From positions 29,791 through 93,790 of IMG/VR virus record IMGVR_UViG_3300031873_000003: 64,000 nt of DNA. The stretch is one strand, 5' to 3'. Under the pieces are notes generated by a model, which saw nothing but the letters and a program-made list of their open reading frames with translations, searched no databases and was not told where the DNA came from. The translations under genes and the position numbers were made by a program. Below are positions 51,381-61,128 of the stretch, piece by piece (the first letter of the stretch is position 1; each line of letters opens with the position of its first letter). This DNA comes from a virus.

Positions 51381-51605
51381 GTCAACTACCGCCAGCTAAA
51401 GCAGGCGGCTTGTAATTCCAAATTTCGTGCCACAACACGCCTTGCGGAATGGACTACAATTCGGTTATTGACTGAACCGACATCTTTATTGTGGTTAAAT
51501 ATATTATAGCTAACGTTGGCTATAAAGTCAATAGAATTTTTTAAGAAAGGAGAGCAGGCGATTCCTCTGTCAGCTAAAGCAGACAGTATCCTCGCCCAAT
51601 ACAAT
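51381..51605 (-). mobile_element. miniature non-autonomous IS200/IS605 element (225 bp) with internal promoter
   Basis: Ends on the + strand read GTCAACTACCGCCAGCTAAAGCAGGCGGCTTG and GCGATTCCTCTGTCAGCTAAAGCAGACAGTATCCTCGCC; flanked by ATGAA; TTGACT-17-TATAAT on the - strand. Confidence 0.75.
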
Positions 51606-51893
51606 ATGAAGAAAGATATTATCCAAACTTTTATCGCTATTTGTGCTATAGTTGGAATTGTCCTGGGAGCTATCACCTATTTTGCCACAGCAGAGGATGT
51701 TAAGCTTATAGAAAAGCGTTTAGATTTGAAAATCCTTTGGGATCGTTACCAAATCAAACAGCAACGCATAGACCTCATTAAGGATCGGTTTGAGGGCAGG
51801 AAGATGGATAAGACTATAGCAGAAGAAATCAAAAACCTGGAGAAAGAAAAGGTTAGCATCGACCAGGAAATCAAAAACATAGAGAAAAAATAA
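51606..51893 (+). CDS. membrane-anchored coiled-coil protein (lysis region)
   Basis: MKKDIIQTF start, one TM segment. Confidence 0.6.
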   Translation: MKKDIIQTFIAICAIVGIVLGAITYFATAEDVKLIEKRLDLKILWDRYQIKQQRIDLIKDRFEGRKMDKTIAEEIKNLEKEKVSIDQEIKNIEKK

Positions 51894-51912
51894 TTGGCAC
51901 AAGGAGTCTCTA

Positions 51913-52308
51913 ATGGGAACCGCAGAACATGCAGGCATTTACGTTAATCTGTTTATTGCTATTGGTTGTGCAATATGGGTTTTACTTTCAGCCCTAATTG
52001 TTTATATTTGGCAAGCTCAAAAGACCCAATACAAAGAGGCATTAGATGTTGTTTTGTTACGAGTTACAGCATTGGAGCGAACTGGAACCATAGCCATCGC
52101 TAAATTAGCTGAAAATCCGATAATGAGTATAGAGTCTCATACATCAATTTGCACTAAAAATACTAATGACGTGACCACACATTTCGCTTATAGTCTGGAT
52201 GGTGCGATGAAGCTATTGACTCAGCGAATTGATTTAGTTGAAGTGAATATTGGATTAAAAATTGAAAGAGCTATTCTACAATCTTTCAGGAATGGAAAAA
52301 CAGTTTGA
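51913..52308 (+). CDS. membrane protein
   Basis: AGGAG RBS; N-terminal TM helix. Confidence 0.55.
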   Translation: MGTAEHAGIYVNLFIAIGCAIWVLLSALIVYIWQAQKTQYKEALDVVLLRVTALERTGTIAIAKLAENPIMSIESHTSICTKNTNDVTTHFAYSLDGAMKLLTQRIDLVEVNIGLKIERAILQSFRNGKTV

Positions 52309-52343
52309 AAATCCGTTAGAAACAAAAAGAACTGGAGGGCACG

Positions 52344-52784
52344 GTGAGCAAAAATAATGCAAAAATAGAGATGTTATCATACCTTACAGTCGTTCTTTTT
52401 TCCATCTTTGCGGTAGTGGTTATCCTAATTGCAGTTGCCATGTTATACCCTTACAAGACGATAGAGTTCCATAACAGTCCTTTCCCCGTGATGAACAACC
52501 CCGTGAAACGTGGCGAACCAATACGCCTTGATGTTTTCTACACGAGATATACAGACCTCCCCTGCACGGCTGTTGCTCGCTTCACTAATGGGATAACCTA
52601 CAGTTATCCTGCTCAGATATTCCATAAAAAACCAGGTTCTTATAAGGGCATATCAACAAGTTTTATTGTTCCAACCACTCTCCCACCCGGAAAATATATC
52701 ATGGAGGTCTGCTTTAGTTACGAACCTAATCCGATAAGAACTATAATTAAGTACGCCAAAACACAGGAGATCACGGTTGAGTGA
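52344..52784 (+). CDS. membrane-anchored Ig-like protein
   Basis: TM helix, then VPTTLPPGKY..YEPNPIR. Confidence 0.55.
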   Translation: MSKNNAKIEMLSYLTVVLFSIFAVVVILIAVAMLYPYKTIEFHNSPFPVMNNPVKRGEPIRLDVFYTRYTDLPCTAVARFTNGITYSYPAQIFHKKPGSYKGISTSFIVPTTLPPGKYIMEVCFSYEPNPIRTIIKYAKTQEITVE

Positions 52785-52979
52785 CTTGGAAGCAAGGCAG
52801 GTTGTCGAGGAAACCAAAAAAGGATTGACGGAAAGGCTTAAAAACATTAAAATTAGGCAGGAATCCGATGAGTCAAAACTATAAATGGCAATTTTGTATT
52901 TCAACGACAGCCCATAATCCTCTTAGGATTGTGATAACGAATCAATACAGCCCTCTTTTCACCTACGATAAGTTTCGTA

Positions 52980-53186
52980 TTGAAACAACCGGGGGGAATT
53001 ACCTTGAACCACAGAACTCCGACCGAACATGCAATTGCGGAGATTAGGAACGCAGCAGTCTGTTTGATTGCCATACTGAGAAAGTATGATATGCAGCGAA
53101 AAACGTTAGTTTCCGTGTGGTACGAGGTTGGGGAAGAAACAAAAAGGATTGAGAAGGCGAGGGAGGTATTAAAGGTATCTTTGTGA
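52980..53186 (+). CDS. hypothetical protein
   Basis: Stop overlaps the next start. Confidence 0.35.
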   Translation: MKQPGGITLNHRTPTEHAIAEIRNAAVCLIAILRKYDMQRKTLVSVWYEVGEETKRIEKAREVLKVSL

Positions 53187-53785
53187 CAGAAACTAAAGAA
53201 AAAATAGGTGTAATTTTTCTCCATGGAAGTTTTGGGACGGCTGGAGGCCCAGTTCTTATCCTTTCCCAACTCAGATTTCTAACATCAAGGGGATATTTTG
53301 TTAAAATTGTTGAGTATAGAAATCCACCTAATTTATTAGATGACGTAGAACAGGTGAAGATTAAGCGTCAGGAATTGATTGATGAGGGATGTATAAATAT
53401 AATTCCATACGGGAATTCAAGGGGATGTTGGCCTGCTTTTTGGTCTATGATACTCCATCCTGAGTTGTTTGCGGGAATCATAGCCGTAGCAGGCCCAACC
53501 AACTTAGTAACCTTAAAAGCAATCCCAGGGGGATACTCCAATTATTTTATCTTTAAGTATGACAAAAAAGAATCCTCCCCCGTAAATTATGGGTCAATCT
53601 TAGGACGAAAACCGCTCCTTTTAATCTACGGAAAGGCGGACAAAATAGTCCCTATAACTCAAGGCATAGAGATTTCCATGATTGTTAAGAGTTCAAAATT
53701 CTATGGAATCAACGCAGGCCATGAGGTGAATTCCCATCCCTATACTCAAGCTGCGATACTAAATTTCTTGAAAGGGATTTATTGA
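53183..53785 (+). CDS. alpha/beta hydrolase
   Basis: FLHG, GNSRG nucleophile elbow, D..VP, AGH. Confidence 0.8.
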   Translation: MTETKEKIGVIFLHGSFGTAGGPVLILSQLRFLTSRGYFVKIVEYRNPPNLLDDVEQVKIKRQELIDEGCINIIPYGNSRGCWPAFWSMILHPELFAGIIAVAGPTNLVTLKAIPGGYSNYFIFKYDKKESSPVNYGSILGRKPLLLIYGKADKIVPITQGIEISMIVKSSKFYGINAGHEVNSHPYTQAAILNFLKGIY

Positions 53786-54147
53786 TGGGAAATATAACCG
53801 AACATTTCGATAGGAGTGAGTTTGCATGTCACTGCAATTGTGGATTCAACCAGATTAATATCGGGTTAGTTCATCGTTTGCAGGCAGTCAGGGATATTTT
53901 TAACATTCCCATCATCATTCTTTCAGGGTGTAGGTGCAGAAATCATAATACCATAGTTGGGGGGGAACCTGATTCTTACCACATGAATGGAGATGCGGCA
54001 GACTGGACGGTTAAAAACCGTCGATCTACGTTCCAGGATATCTCTGGGATAGCGGAGGCCCTTTTCCATTGGTCGGGAGGGTTTCATTACTACCCAAAGA
54101 AAAATTTCATTCATTGTGATTTAGGGAACCGGAGGAGATGGGTTTGA
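53782..54147 (+). CDS. endolysin, peptidase M15A family
   Basis: EFACHC, SGCRC..HN..VGG..SYHMNGDAAD, FIHCD. Confidence 0.88.
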   Translation: MMGNITEHFDRSEFACHCNCGFNQINIGLVHRLQAVRDIFNIPIIILSGCRCRNHNTIVGGEPDSYHMNGDAADWTVKNRRSTFQDISGIAEALFHWSGGFHYYPKKNFIHCDLGNRRRWV

Positions 54148-54178
54148 CGCACTGTCTGTCTATCACGGAAGGATAATC

Positions 54179-54457
54179 TTGGACGCTGCATTACTAAAAA
54201 TACAAGAGCTTTACGATATCGGATGGCAATTAGGATTTTCCACAGAGGGAGCTATCCTTATGATTGGCGACAGTAATTGTTCCTATGTCAAAGAGTATGA
54301 TCCAAAGGATGGTCATGGTTGTTCGGAGGTGGTTGTTCCCATAGGGGATTTTTGGGACTTAGACGATCTAATGGAAATAGCTTACCCTAAATGCAAGTGG
54401 TTAGTGAAAGGAGGTGGAGACAGTGTGGACAAAACTTTGGACTGTAAAAACGAGTGA
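54179..54457 (+). CDS. hypothetical protein
   Basis: TTG-start ORF within the lysis module. Confidence 0.35.
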   Translation: MDAALLKIQELYDIGWQLGFSTEGAILMIGDSNCSYVKEYDPKDGHGCSEVVVPIGDFWDLDDLMEIAYPKCKWLVKGGGDSVDKTLDCKNE

Positions 54458-54644
54458 TTTTTTACGAGGTTTAGTTGTGGCGGTTGCTACTGCGCCCTTA
54501 ACTATCATCTATCAATCAGTGATGTTAGGATCGTTGACGTTTGATTGGAAGGCAATCATTACCACAGGATTAGCAGGCGGAATCGCTTATCTTTTGAAAA
54601 ACATGGTAACAGGGGTAGGAGGAAATATCCTAACAAATAAGTAG
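54414..54644 (+). CDS. putative holin
   Basis: Two TM segments, DFLRGL..FDWKAI..YLLKN; next to the endolysin. Confidence 0.65.
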   Translation: METVWTKLWTVKTSDFLRGLVVAVATAPLTIIYQSVMLGSLTFDWKAIITTGLAGGIAYLLKNMVTGVGGNILTNK

Positions 54645-54656
54645 AAAGGAGGGAAA

Positions 54657-54995
54657 ATGAAACAAATTGCGTTGATGGTATTGGCTATGGTGTTAATTTT
54701 TGCAGCAGTAGCACATTGTAATCCTTTTGTGGTTTGTGATCCCCAGGCAGGAGTCCAATACTATAAGGTTACTGGGCCAGCATGGACTACATCTCCTGTA
54801 ACTGCACAGGCCGATGGATCAATCAAGATGGATGTTGCAACCTCAACGGTGGGGGTTAACTCCCTGACCTTTGCAGCTTGTAGAGGTGATGCTATCTGGG
54901 GGGAGGCTTGTAGTGCTACAGTCCCTTTTTCGTTCGCACGGCCTGTTGCAGTAGTGACACCCACACTACCTGCAAATATACGACTAACCCCATAG
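54657..54995 (+). CDS. secreted small protein (signal peptide, FN3-like)
   Basis: Signal peptide followed by PFVVCDP. Confidence 0.55.
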   Translation: MKQIALMVLAMVLIFAAVAHCNPFVVCDPQAGVQYYKVTGPAWTTSPVTAQADGSIKMDVATSTVGVNSLTFAACRGDAIWGEACSATVPFSFARPVAVVTPTLPANIRLTP

Positions 54996-55139
54996 TCTAT
55001 TGGTGGTGGAAGTTGTGGTGTCGGTAGAAAGGAGATGACTTATGAGTGGTATGACAATCCCCTGGTGGATAAAGGTCGTTGTTATTATTATACAAATTAA
55101 AGAAAAGATCGCAAAATTATTCAAGAAAGGAGAAAAGAA

Positions 55140-55538
55140 ATGCGACAACCAACAAGACGTAGATCAACCCAATGGGCCACTGGCTCCGTCATTCTAATCC
55201 TGATCGTTCTATTGCTCACCGGATGCTCTACACTACAAAAAAAATGGGATGGTGCAACCGAGGATGAGAGAGCAAGGATCGTTCTAAGCCAAAGTCAAAA
55301 GTCCCTGGCCACCCTGTTCTCGGCAGGGCAGGCATTCGTTGACCTCAAACCTGAGTATAAAAACGATTGGCAGACCAAGTTTAAGCCTGCCTTTAGTGTA
55401 GTAAATAAGGTTTTGGCTGACCTGATCGCCAAGGGCAAGAGGGGCGAGAAATTAACCTATGTTGATGTAACAGCGGCGGTTGGAAGTAAACTCGATGAGT
55501 TGCAGAAACTTCTTATCGCCTGGGGTGTTAAACTCTAA
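55140..55538 (+). CDS. lipoprotein (possible spanin or accessory lysis protein)
   Basis: Lipobox LLTGC. Confidence 0.6.
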   Translation: MRQPTRRRSTQWATGSVILILIVLLLTGCSTLQKKWDGATEDERARIVLSQSQKSLATLFSAGQAFVDLKPEYKNDWQTKFKPAFSVVNKVLADLIAKGKRGEKLTYVDVTAAVGSKLDELQKLLIAWGVKL

Positions 55539-55555
55539 AGAAAGGAGTGTGACAA

Positions 55556-55729
55556 ATGGATCCTATCACTATTACCACAACGGCATTAGCGTTGGTTCAG
55601 TTTATCATCAAGTATGGGCCTGCTGCATACGAGCAACTAGTTGATTTGTTTGGTGATTCTATCCCAACGTATGGGGAGCTGGCTGCCGAAAATGCTGAAT
55701 TGCAGGCATTGATTGAGGCGGGGAAATAA
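55556..55729 (+). CDS. small hydrophobic protein (57 aa, not in the ORF track)
   Basis: AGGAG RBS; MDPITITTTALALVQF... Confidence 0.55.
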   Translation: MDPITITTTALALVQFIIKYGPAAYEQLVDLFGDSIPTYGELAAENAELQALIEAGK

Positions 55730-55733
55730 AAGT

Positions 55734-55791
55734 GAAAGAACGGCAGGCCAGATAGGAAGTGAACTGGCCTTTCGGTGATTCCGTTCCTTTC
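55734..55791. terminator. hairpin at the convergence of the late and early operons
   Basis: GAAAGAACGG...CCGTTCCTTTC inverted repeat between convergent genes. Confidence 0.45.
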
Positions 55792-55831
55792 TAATGGGTA
55801 ATATGATAACCATCCTTTTTTAACGGTCATA

Positions 55832-56017
55832 TTATTCACTCCTTTCAATAGAGTTGGTTGCTTCTGTCGTTGTGCTATTGTTTGTCGATTGCAAAATCTG
55901 GATAATCTCCACTAAAGAGTAAAAAATATAATCTTCTTTACTCACCGCCCTAATTGCACCTTTTGGATGAAAAATCTTTTCGTATTCTTCCTTCATTTCT
56001 AAAATTTTCTGTACCAT
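55832..56017 (-). CDS. hypothetical protein
   Basis: GGAG-like RBS before MVQKILEMK. Confidence 0.4.
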   Translation of the reverse strand: MVQKILEMKEEYEKIFHPKGAIRAVSKEDYIFYSLVEIIQILQSTNNSTTTEATNSIERSE

Positions 56018-56424
56018 TTTGTCTTCCTTCCTCAATAGCATGATTTTTCCAATACATCCCCACAAAATATGCAGCGATAATCCAATATACACCAGTAGGT
56101 TACGCCTATCGGGAAATGTTCATGCCAATCCTTGCAATGGCAGTCAAGGTGAACCCACATTGCTTCTCACTCCTTCTTTTGACTATCGAATCCTACACAA
56201 TAAAATCTTTTGGCATTTTGCCGTGCCAAAAAATATCACCGTTCCAACTGTTTTTAACAAAATTAAGCACATCATCGGTGAGTATAGTCAAGGTGCCACA
56301 GTTCGCTCCCGGTGGATCGAAAACGTCGAATTTTACATGTCTCGGATTCCAGTCGATGCAGTGTATTTTATAAATTTTTGGCGAAGAAAACCCCTGAGTC
56401 TTTAGCTCAGGGGATGAATTCGTT

Positions 56425-57605
56425 TCATACATAAAAACCTCCGTAATTATAAAACCTATCTATGTTTTCTATTCTGACAGTTCTGTTCTTTCCCTGATAA
56501 TCATTATAAGCAACTCTTGTTCCTAAATTCTGACATCCTTTAGAAACGAATGGTTGACCATCTATATAAATCAAATCCTTATTTTGAACCTTGTATTTTT
56601 GTTTTCTTATGGAAGGCTTAAAACCTATCCTGTTTAACTGTAAGGCTCTATTATTTCTTCTTTTTTGTGTCCACCTTACTTCTTTACATCTTTCTTGAAC
56701 TGTTCCGTTACCTATTACAAAAGCATCATTAGTATGAGATTTTTCAAGGTTTAGTTCGTTTCTTTTTACTTTAGTTTCATATCCATAAGTTACTGCTGTT
56801 GGATACAATTCCTGTGTTCTTCGGACTACTTCTTTCCTGATTATATTCATCATTGTTGCATCTTTGTATTGCTTATTTTTTGTCAAAAGATGATGCAAGT
56901 TCTTTTTATGTAGTCTTTCATGACATTTCTCATGTAAAAGAGCTAAATTATCAGGTTTATCAGTTCCTTTAGGTTTTGGAATTATATGATGCAATCTAAA
57001 ACCATTACCTTTACTTGATTCCTTGCCGCATAGCTGGCATTTTCCATGTTCTCTTGTTGTCACATAAGCCTTTACATTTTCATAACCATAAAGAATTCCT
57101 TGTTGATATTCTTTTCCCGATATTTCCGGATTTAAAATTTTCTGAATATCAAACTTTCCCGATTCCACACAAACTCTTGATACAGGAACATATTTAGAAA
57201 TCTTATCAAGAATCCCTATATGAGAATCAATCTTATGCTGTACTGATGGAGCAAATATGAATCCTTTTCTGTTGTCGAATCTTGGTTCTCTGTACCATAA
57301 TCTGTTTCTTCTATTTCTTCGATACATAGCTCTTTCTTCAATCTTGTCACTTACATCGGTTCTTAATTTTACTTCAATTCTTACTATTTCTCTCTTTTCC
57401 GTTCTTACTGATACACCTGCATATTCGTAGCCTGTATCTAAACTAAAAATAATCTCTTGTGTCTTTTCTTCACAGCTAAAATTAAGCTGGATAACAAACG
57501 GAAATCTTTTAATTACTGTAGCCTTACCCGATTTTACCATACGTTTGCTCTTAGCATAAGAACAAGGCATCAAAGGTTTACCTTCCTTTGAAAGGACAAG
57601 TACAA
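56425..57605 (-). CDS. iscB: IscB RNA-guided nuclease; true start near VLVLSKEGKPLMP, not 57780
   Basis: PLMP motif, RuvC-I LDTG, RRNRR bridge helix, RuvC-II E, HNH (HHII..N..H), RuvC-III HTNDA. Confidence 0.92.
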
Positions 57606-57865
57606 GTGCTTGTATTGAGCGTCCTACTTGTTGGACTTGATTCTCTTCGGGATTGATTAATACTGGCTGTATGCTCTTATCACTAAGAATTTCTTCTTTG
57701 TTTAGACAAGAACTCTCAGAGCAGAGAACTAGAGAAGTATTCTCTGGTGAATTCTTTAGCCTTATATTAATCTTCTGCATAGTTTCCTAAGCTCCCTAAT
57801 CAACTCTTTTCATCGTTGTACGTCACCGTACAAGCCCCTTGGTCTTTAGCCAAGGGGTAGTTGAC
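57606..57865 (-). ncRNA. IscB omega-RNA scaffold
   Basis: Structured region between the element end and the PLMP motif. Confidence 0.7.
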
Positions 57866-58166
57866 ACTCGTTGGATTGAATAAGATCAACCTCCAATTTT
57901 TCTTTCTCTACTTTTTCTTTTTTCTCAATATTAGGATAACTTCTAAATCCCAGTCTAAACGAGAACTCGACCTTTTCATCTTCCCCTAGAGAATCCCACT
58001 GATTGTATCCATCAGCTATATCATTCCATTCTTTCATAATTTCAATATAGTTCATGGTTTCTCCCTCCTTGTCGAGCAAGCGGTCAATAGCCAGCATTTC
58101 CAGTCGTGTTCGATATTACCACTCTTCCCTATCTGGCCACAGGTGTTGTATTGACCGCCGCTCAGG

Positions 58167-58458
58167 TTACTCTCCCTTATTCTCTCTTAAACATTTAGGA
58201 CAATATAAACAATCCTCAAACTTTGCCAATGGTAACATCTCTCCGCATCCGTCGCACCCCTGTTCTCGATAATTATCTGTGCCGCAGCACTCAGTCTCGA
58301 CTCTCCAGTCGATCACCCCCCCGAAATCGTCCCCGAACGAGTAATCGACGGCCTCAAGTTGGGTAGGTGCAAAGTGATCCAAACAGATCACTATTTTCCC
58401 AGCCTGGTCTTGTGCTGTCTTTTTCGATCCTCTATAAACTGTGCCGACCGCTACCATG
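58167..58458 (-). CDS. zinc-binding hypothetical protein
   Basis: GGAGG RBS; CDGC, CPKC. Confidence 0.5.
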
Positions 58459-58683
58459 TTTTTCCTCTGCCTCCTCCAAAAAAAACGCATCAAATGGGAT
58501 GTTGTGTGCATTCACTATTTTTAAGAGACTTGACACAGTTGGAACCTGTGCGCCGCCTTCCCATTGCTGGACAAGTTGTTTTGAAACCGTTACCATCCCG
58601 CACAGGGATAGCGCAAACTGTTCTAGGGTTAGGGATCGAGCCAATCGGATTCTCCGTATGGAACCTGGATCAAATTTTATCAT
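58432..58683 (-). CDS. XRE-family HTH regulator
   Basis: IRRIRLARSLTLEQFA..VSKQLVQQWEGG..P. Confidence 0.8.
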   Translation of the reverse strand: MIKFDPGSIRRIRLARSLTLEQFALSLCGMVTVSKQLVQQWEGGAQVPTVSSLLKIVNAHNIPFDAFFLEEAEEKHGSGRHSL

Positions 58684-58832
58684 TCAAGCCCCCGGCCAGT
58701 TATTTCTTTGTAATGGAACAACTCTTTTTGGATTTCCTTTGCCAGATTGTAAGCCTCTTTTGCTGTAAGAATATCGTCCACCGTAACATTGATCCCTTCC
58801 TCTGTTGCCCAAACTACGAATTTTTTAGGCAT
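58680..58832 (-). CDS. hypothetical protein
   Basis: AGGAG RBS before MPKKFVV. Confidence 0.4.
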   Translation of the reverse strand: MPKKFVVWATEEGINVTVDDILTAKEAYNLAKEIQKELFHYKEITGRGLE

Positions 58833-58845
58833 TTGGTCTCCTTGT

Positions 58846-59259
58846 TTAGACTCCAAACCCTTTGACATTTGCCTCTAATTCCTCAACTCTTTCCACCAAT
58901 ATCCTTTTACACTCACAACTATGTCGCTCTGAATCAACCAGGGCAGCCTCTAACTCTACAATCCTTGCCACTAACATCTTTTTATGCTCATGACAACACC
59001 ACTCAGGATCAACCAGGTTAGTCTCTAACTCCTTAATTCGGAATAAAAGCTCTACGATATTATCCTCTAACTCCAGGATTCTTTTGCCCTGGCTATTCAT
59101 TGTTTCGGCATGAGCCTCTCTGGATATGTCGAGCAATTCCTGTAACCCTTCAACTCTTTTGGCCAGACGGCAGGTCAAACAAGTACCATCCGGTTCCAAG
59201 TTATTCCAGCAGACCTCACAAATTGTGCTAGCAACTACGCCCATCACTTCCAAACCCAT
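58846..59259 (-). CDS. coiled-coil protein with RIxELE repeats
   Basis: Translation; RBS present. Confidence 0.5.
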   Translation of the reverse strand: MGLEVMGVVASTICEVCWNNLEPDGTCLTCRLAKRVEGLQELLDISREAHAETMNSQGKRILELEDNIVELLFRIKELETNLVDPEWCCHEHKKMLVARIVELEAALVDSERHSCECKRILVERVEELEANVKGFGV

Positions 59260-59609
59260 CGCCCTCCCTTCCTTTCACCCTTCAAGATAAGATCATCGAT
59301 GCGTCGTCTTGTCACCCGAAGTTCTTCCTCCAATTCCACGATTCTGATCCTTGCCTCGATTAGCAGTTTTGATAGGCGTGACCTTTCAGCCTCACCATCC
59401 CTGATATTTTCTTCATAGCCATCTATCAATGATTCAAACTCATCCCTGGGCCACGAGGCTGTGCCTCCAGTTTTGATATACTTTCTCCAGGTATCCCATA
59501 ACTTCATGATTCCATCCCTGCCATGTTTATTTCCGAAGTGAACTGGACGGCAATCCTCCCAGGTCGGTTCTTGAAACCCTTCAACGATTTTCTCGGTTGC
59601 CCTTTTCAT
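59244..59609 (-). CDS. hypothetical protein
   Basis: GGAGG RBS; RIVELEE. Confidence 0.5.
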   Translation of the reverse strand: MKRATEKIVEGFQEPTWEDCRPVHFGNKHGRDGIMKLWDTWRKYIKTGGTASWPRDEFESLIDGYEENIRDGEAERSRLSKLLIEARIRIVELEEELRVTRRRIDDLILKGERKGGRWVWK

Positions 59610-59683
59610 AATTCCTCCAGGCGGATTCTGTAAAAATCGACTATAAGCCGTGCTATACAGAATTTTTTCTGTATAATCAATTG

Positions 59684-60196
59684 TTATACAGCACGGGAAA
59701 TAACGGCAGATGAAGTCAGATGATGCCTCATCCGTGCCCCCAAAATCCTATCAGCATATTTTTCCAGCGTGCGACTATGCTGTTGACACGCCACATGGTT
59801 AAAATCTTTTCCGTCGGTGTGGATACGAAAATAACAGCGGCGAGACTTACAGAAAAGACATTGGTTATTAAAACGTATAACAACCGCATCGACCCGATGC
59901 GGAATAGACTTTTGCTTTTTCATATTACCTCCTTGCCCGCACAGGTCATGCGGAATGTTGGCGGTATCGGTGAACGGCCTGTCCACGCTCGGCCGTTGCG
60001 GTTGCAGCGGGTGGTTGAACGTCAGCACGCTCCACCACATCCGCCCGGTCAGCAGGACGCGCAGCCGTTCTCGCCACGTCAGCGCCCAGCAGGAAATCAC
60101 CATGCCGTCTTCCGTCTTGTGGACCGGCAGGGGCAGGTATTCCGGCTGGTCCTTCGCGTACACGCAGTTCTGTTCTGGGAACTCAATCGGTTTCAT
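59684..60196 (-). CDS. two cassette genes fused in frame through an attC site (second start at 59923)
   Basis: GGAGG RBS before both 60196 and 59923. Confidence 0.6.
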   Translation of the reverse strand: MKPIEFPEQNCVYAKDQPEYLPLPVHKTEDGMVISCWALTWRERLRVLLTGRMWWSVLTFNHPLQPQRPSVDRPFTDTANIPHDLCGQGGNMKKQKSIPHRVDAVVIRFNNQCLFCKSRRCYFRIHTDGKDFNHVACQQHSRTLEKYADRILGARMRHHLTSSAVISRAV

Positions 60197-60295
60197 TCTT
60201 CAACCTCCGTTGTTCTGTTTTCAACCCCGGTTGATGGCACCCGCCAACAACCGAATGCAGGCTACTCCGCTTCGCTCCGAGCCTGATTCGGAGCG

Positions 60296-60559
60296 TTATA
60301 CGGAAACATTAATTGGCGTTATCGCCAGCCCAACGTGGTTTTGCTGTAACCCCGAAAAGTCAGACATAACGTAGTTGATCCGATATTCGGGTATTGGAGA
60401 AGTTATTTTGTAGGCATCGTAGTCCCCATCCTCTATGGGAAGAAATCTAATTGTATCGCCTACTTGGAAATCACGGTCGTTTTTCCGGATCTCAAAGGTT
60501 TTCCCCCCTTCGAGAATGTGGCATAAATAACATTGTTTTATTTTTAGTTGATGCAGCAT
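60296..60559 (-). CDS. DUF3850 / ASCH-like protein
   Basis: HQLKI..G.KTFEIRKNDRDFQVGD. Confidence 0.8.
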   Translation of the reverse strand: MLHQLKIKQCYLCHILEGGKTFEIRKNDRDFQVGDTIRFLPIEDGDYDAYKITSPIPEYRINYVMSDFSGLQQNHVGLAITPINVSV

Positions 60560-60635
60560 ATGTACCTCCAATATAATTAAGAAAATGGATAACAAGTCAC
60601 TCCAGCGGACGGTCAAGGCGCCGCTGACCTCTACG

Positions 60636-60833
60636 TTATCTCCATACAATTCCAGTTCCACAACAGGTTCGACATGTTTCAAATTCTATTGTTGAGCTTG
60701 CCCATTGACCGGTAACTTGGGAATAAAACCCTTGTGACACTAATCCATTGCCCGAACATATCGGACAACGATGAGGCATTTCAGAAATAACCACCGGCTG
60801 CACTTGAGCCGGAATAGCTCTTTTAGATTTCAT
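60636..60833 (-). CDS. small DnaJ-type zinc-finger protein
   Basis: CPICSGNG..CRTCCGTG. Confidence 0.65.
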   Translation of the reverse strand: MKSKRAIPAQVQPVVISEMPHRCPICSGNGLVSQGFYSQVTGQWASSTIEFETCRTCCGTGIVWR

Positions 60834-60930
60834 GTTTTCTCCTTGTCCGGCAACGGTGTCGTATCACCAGCTATACAGATGTTTAGTATTGCTATACGGA
60901 TGAAATAGGTTCGGTGGAATCACATACGGC

Positions 60931-61128
60931 CTATTTCTGGTCATGTTCAGTTATCGGCCACCGGTACGGCCCATGAGTGATCGTAGCCCCGAGAATCCCC
61001 TTCTTGTGACCGAGCTTCGCCGTTTTCCACACCGGACCGCTTGGAGTTTGCACAATAGAGGAGACAGTGCATCTCTTGTGACGGTTTCTTGCCTCTCGCT
61101 CACGTTTCCCGGCTCGGTTTGCACTCAT
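60931..61128 (-). CDS. small basic hypothetical protein
   Basis: 65-aa ORF within the array. Confidence 0.4.
   Translation of the reverse strand: MSANRAGKREREARNRHKRCTVSSIVQTPSGPVWKTAKLGHKKGILGATITHGPYRWPITEHDQK

Larger units (their letters stand above)
56372..57865 (-). mobile_element. IscB-encoding IS200/IS605 element with upstream omega-RNA
   Basis: Starts GTCAACTACCCCTTGGCTAAAGACCAAGGGGCTTG; ends with the CCCCTGAGCTAAAGACTCAGGGG hairpin; followed by ATAAA. Confidence 0.85.
56193..58055 (-). pseudogene. phage gene split by the IscB element
   Basis: Removing 56372..57865 joins ...DLIQSNE to YKIHCIDWNP... in frame. Confidence 0.6.

Noticed and set aside
51516-51605. N-terminal part of ORF 51516..51893
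   Set aside because: It derives from the mini IS end; the native start is ATG 51606, although read-in from the element cannot be excluded.
57606-57780. N-terminal extension of IscB
   Set aside because: It overlaps the expected omega-RNA; IscB proteins begin just before the PLMP motif.
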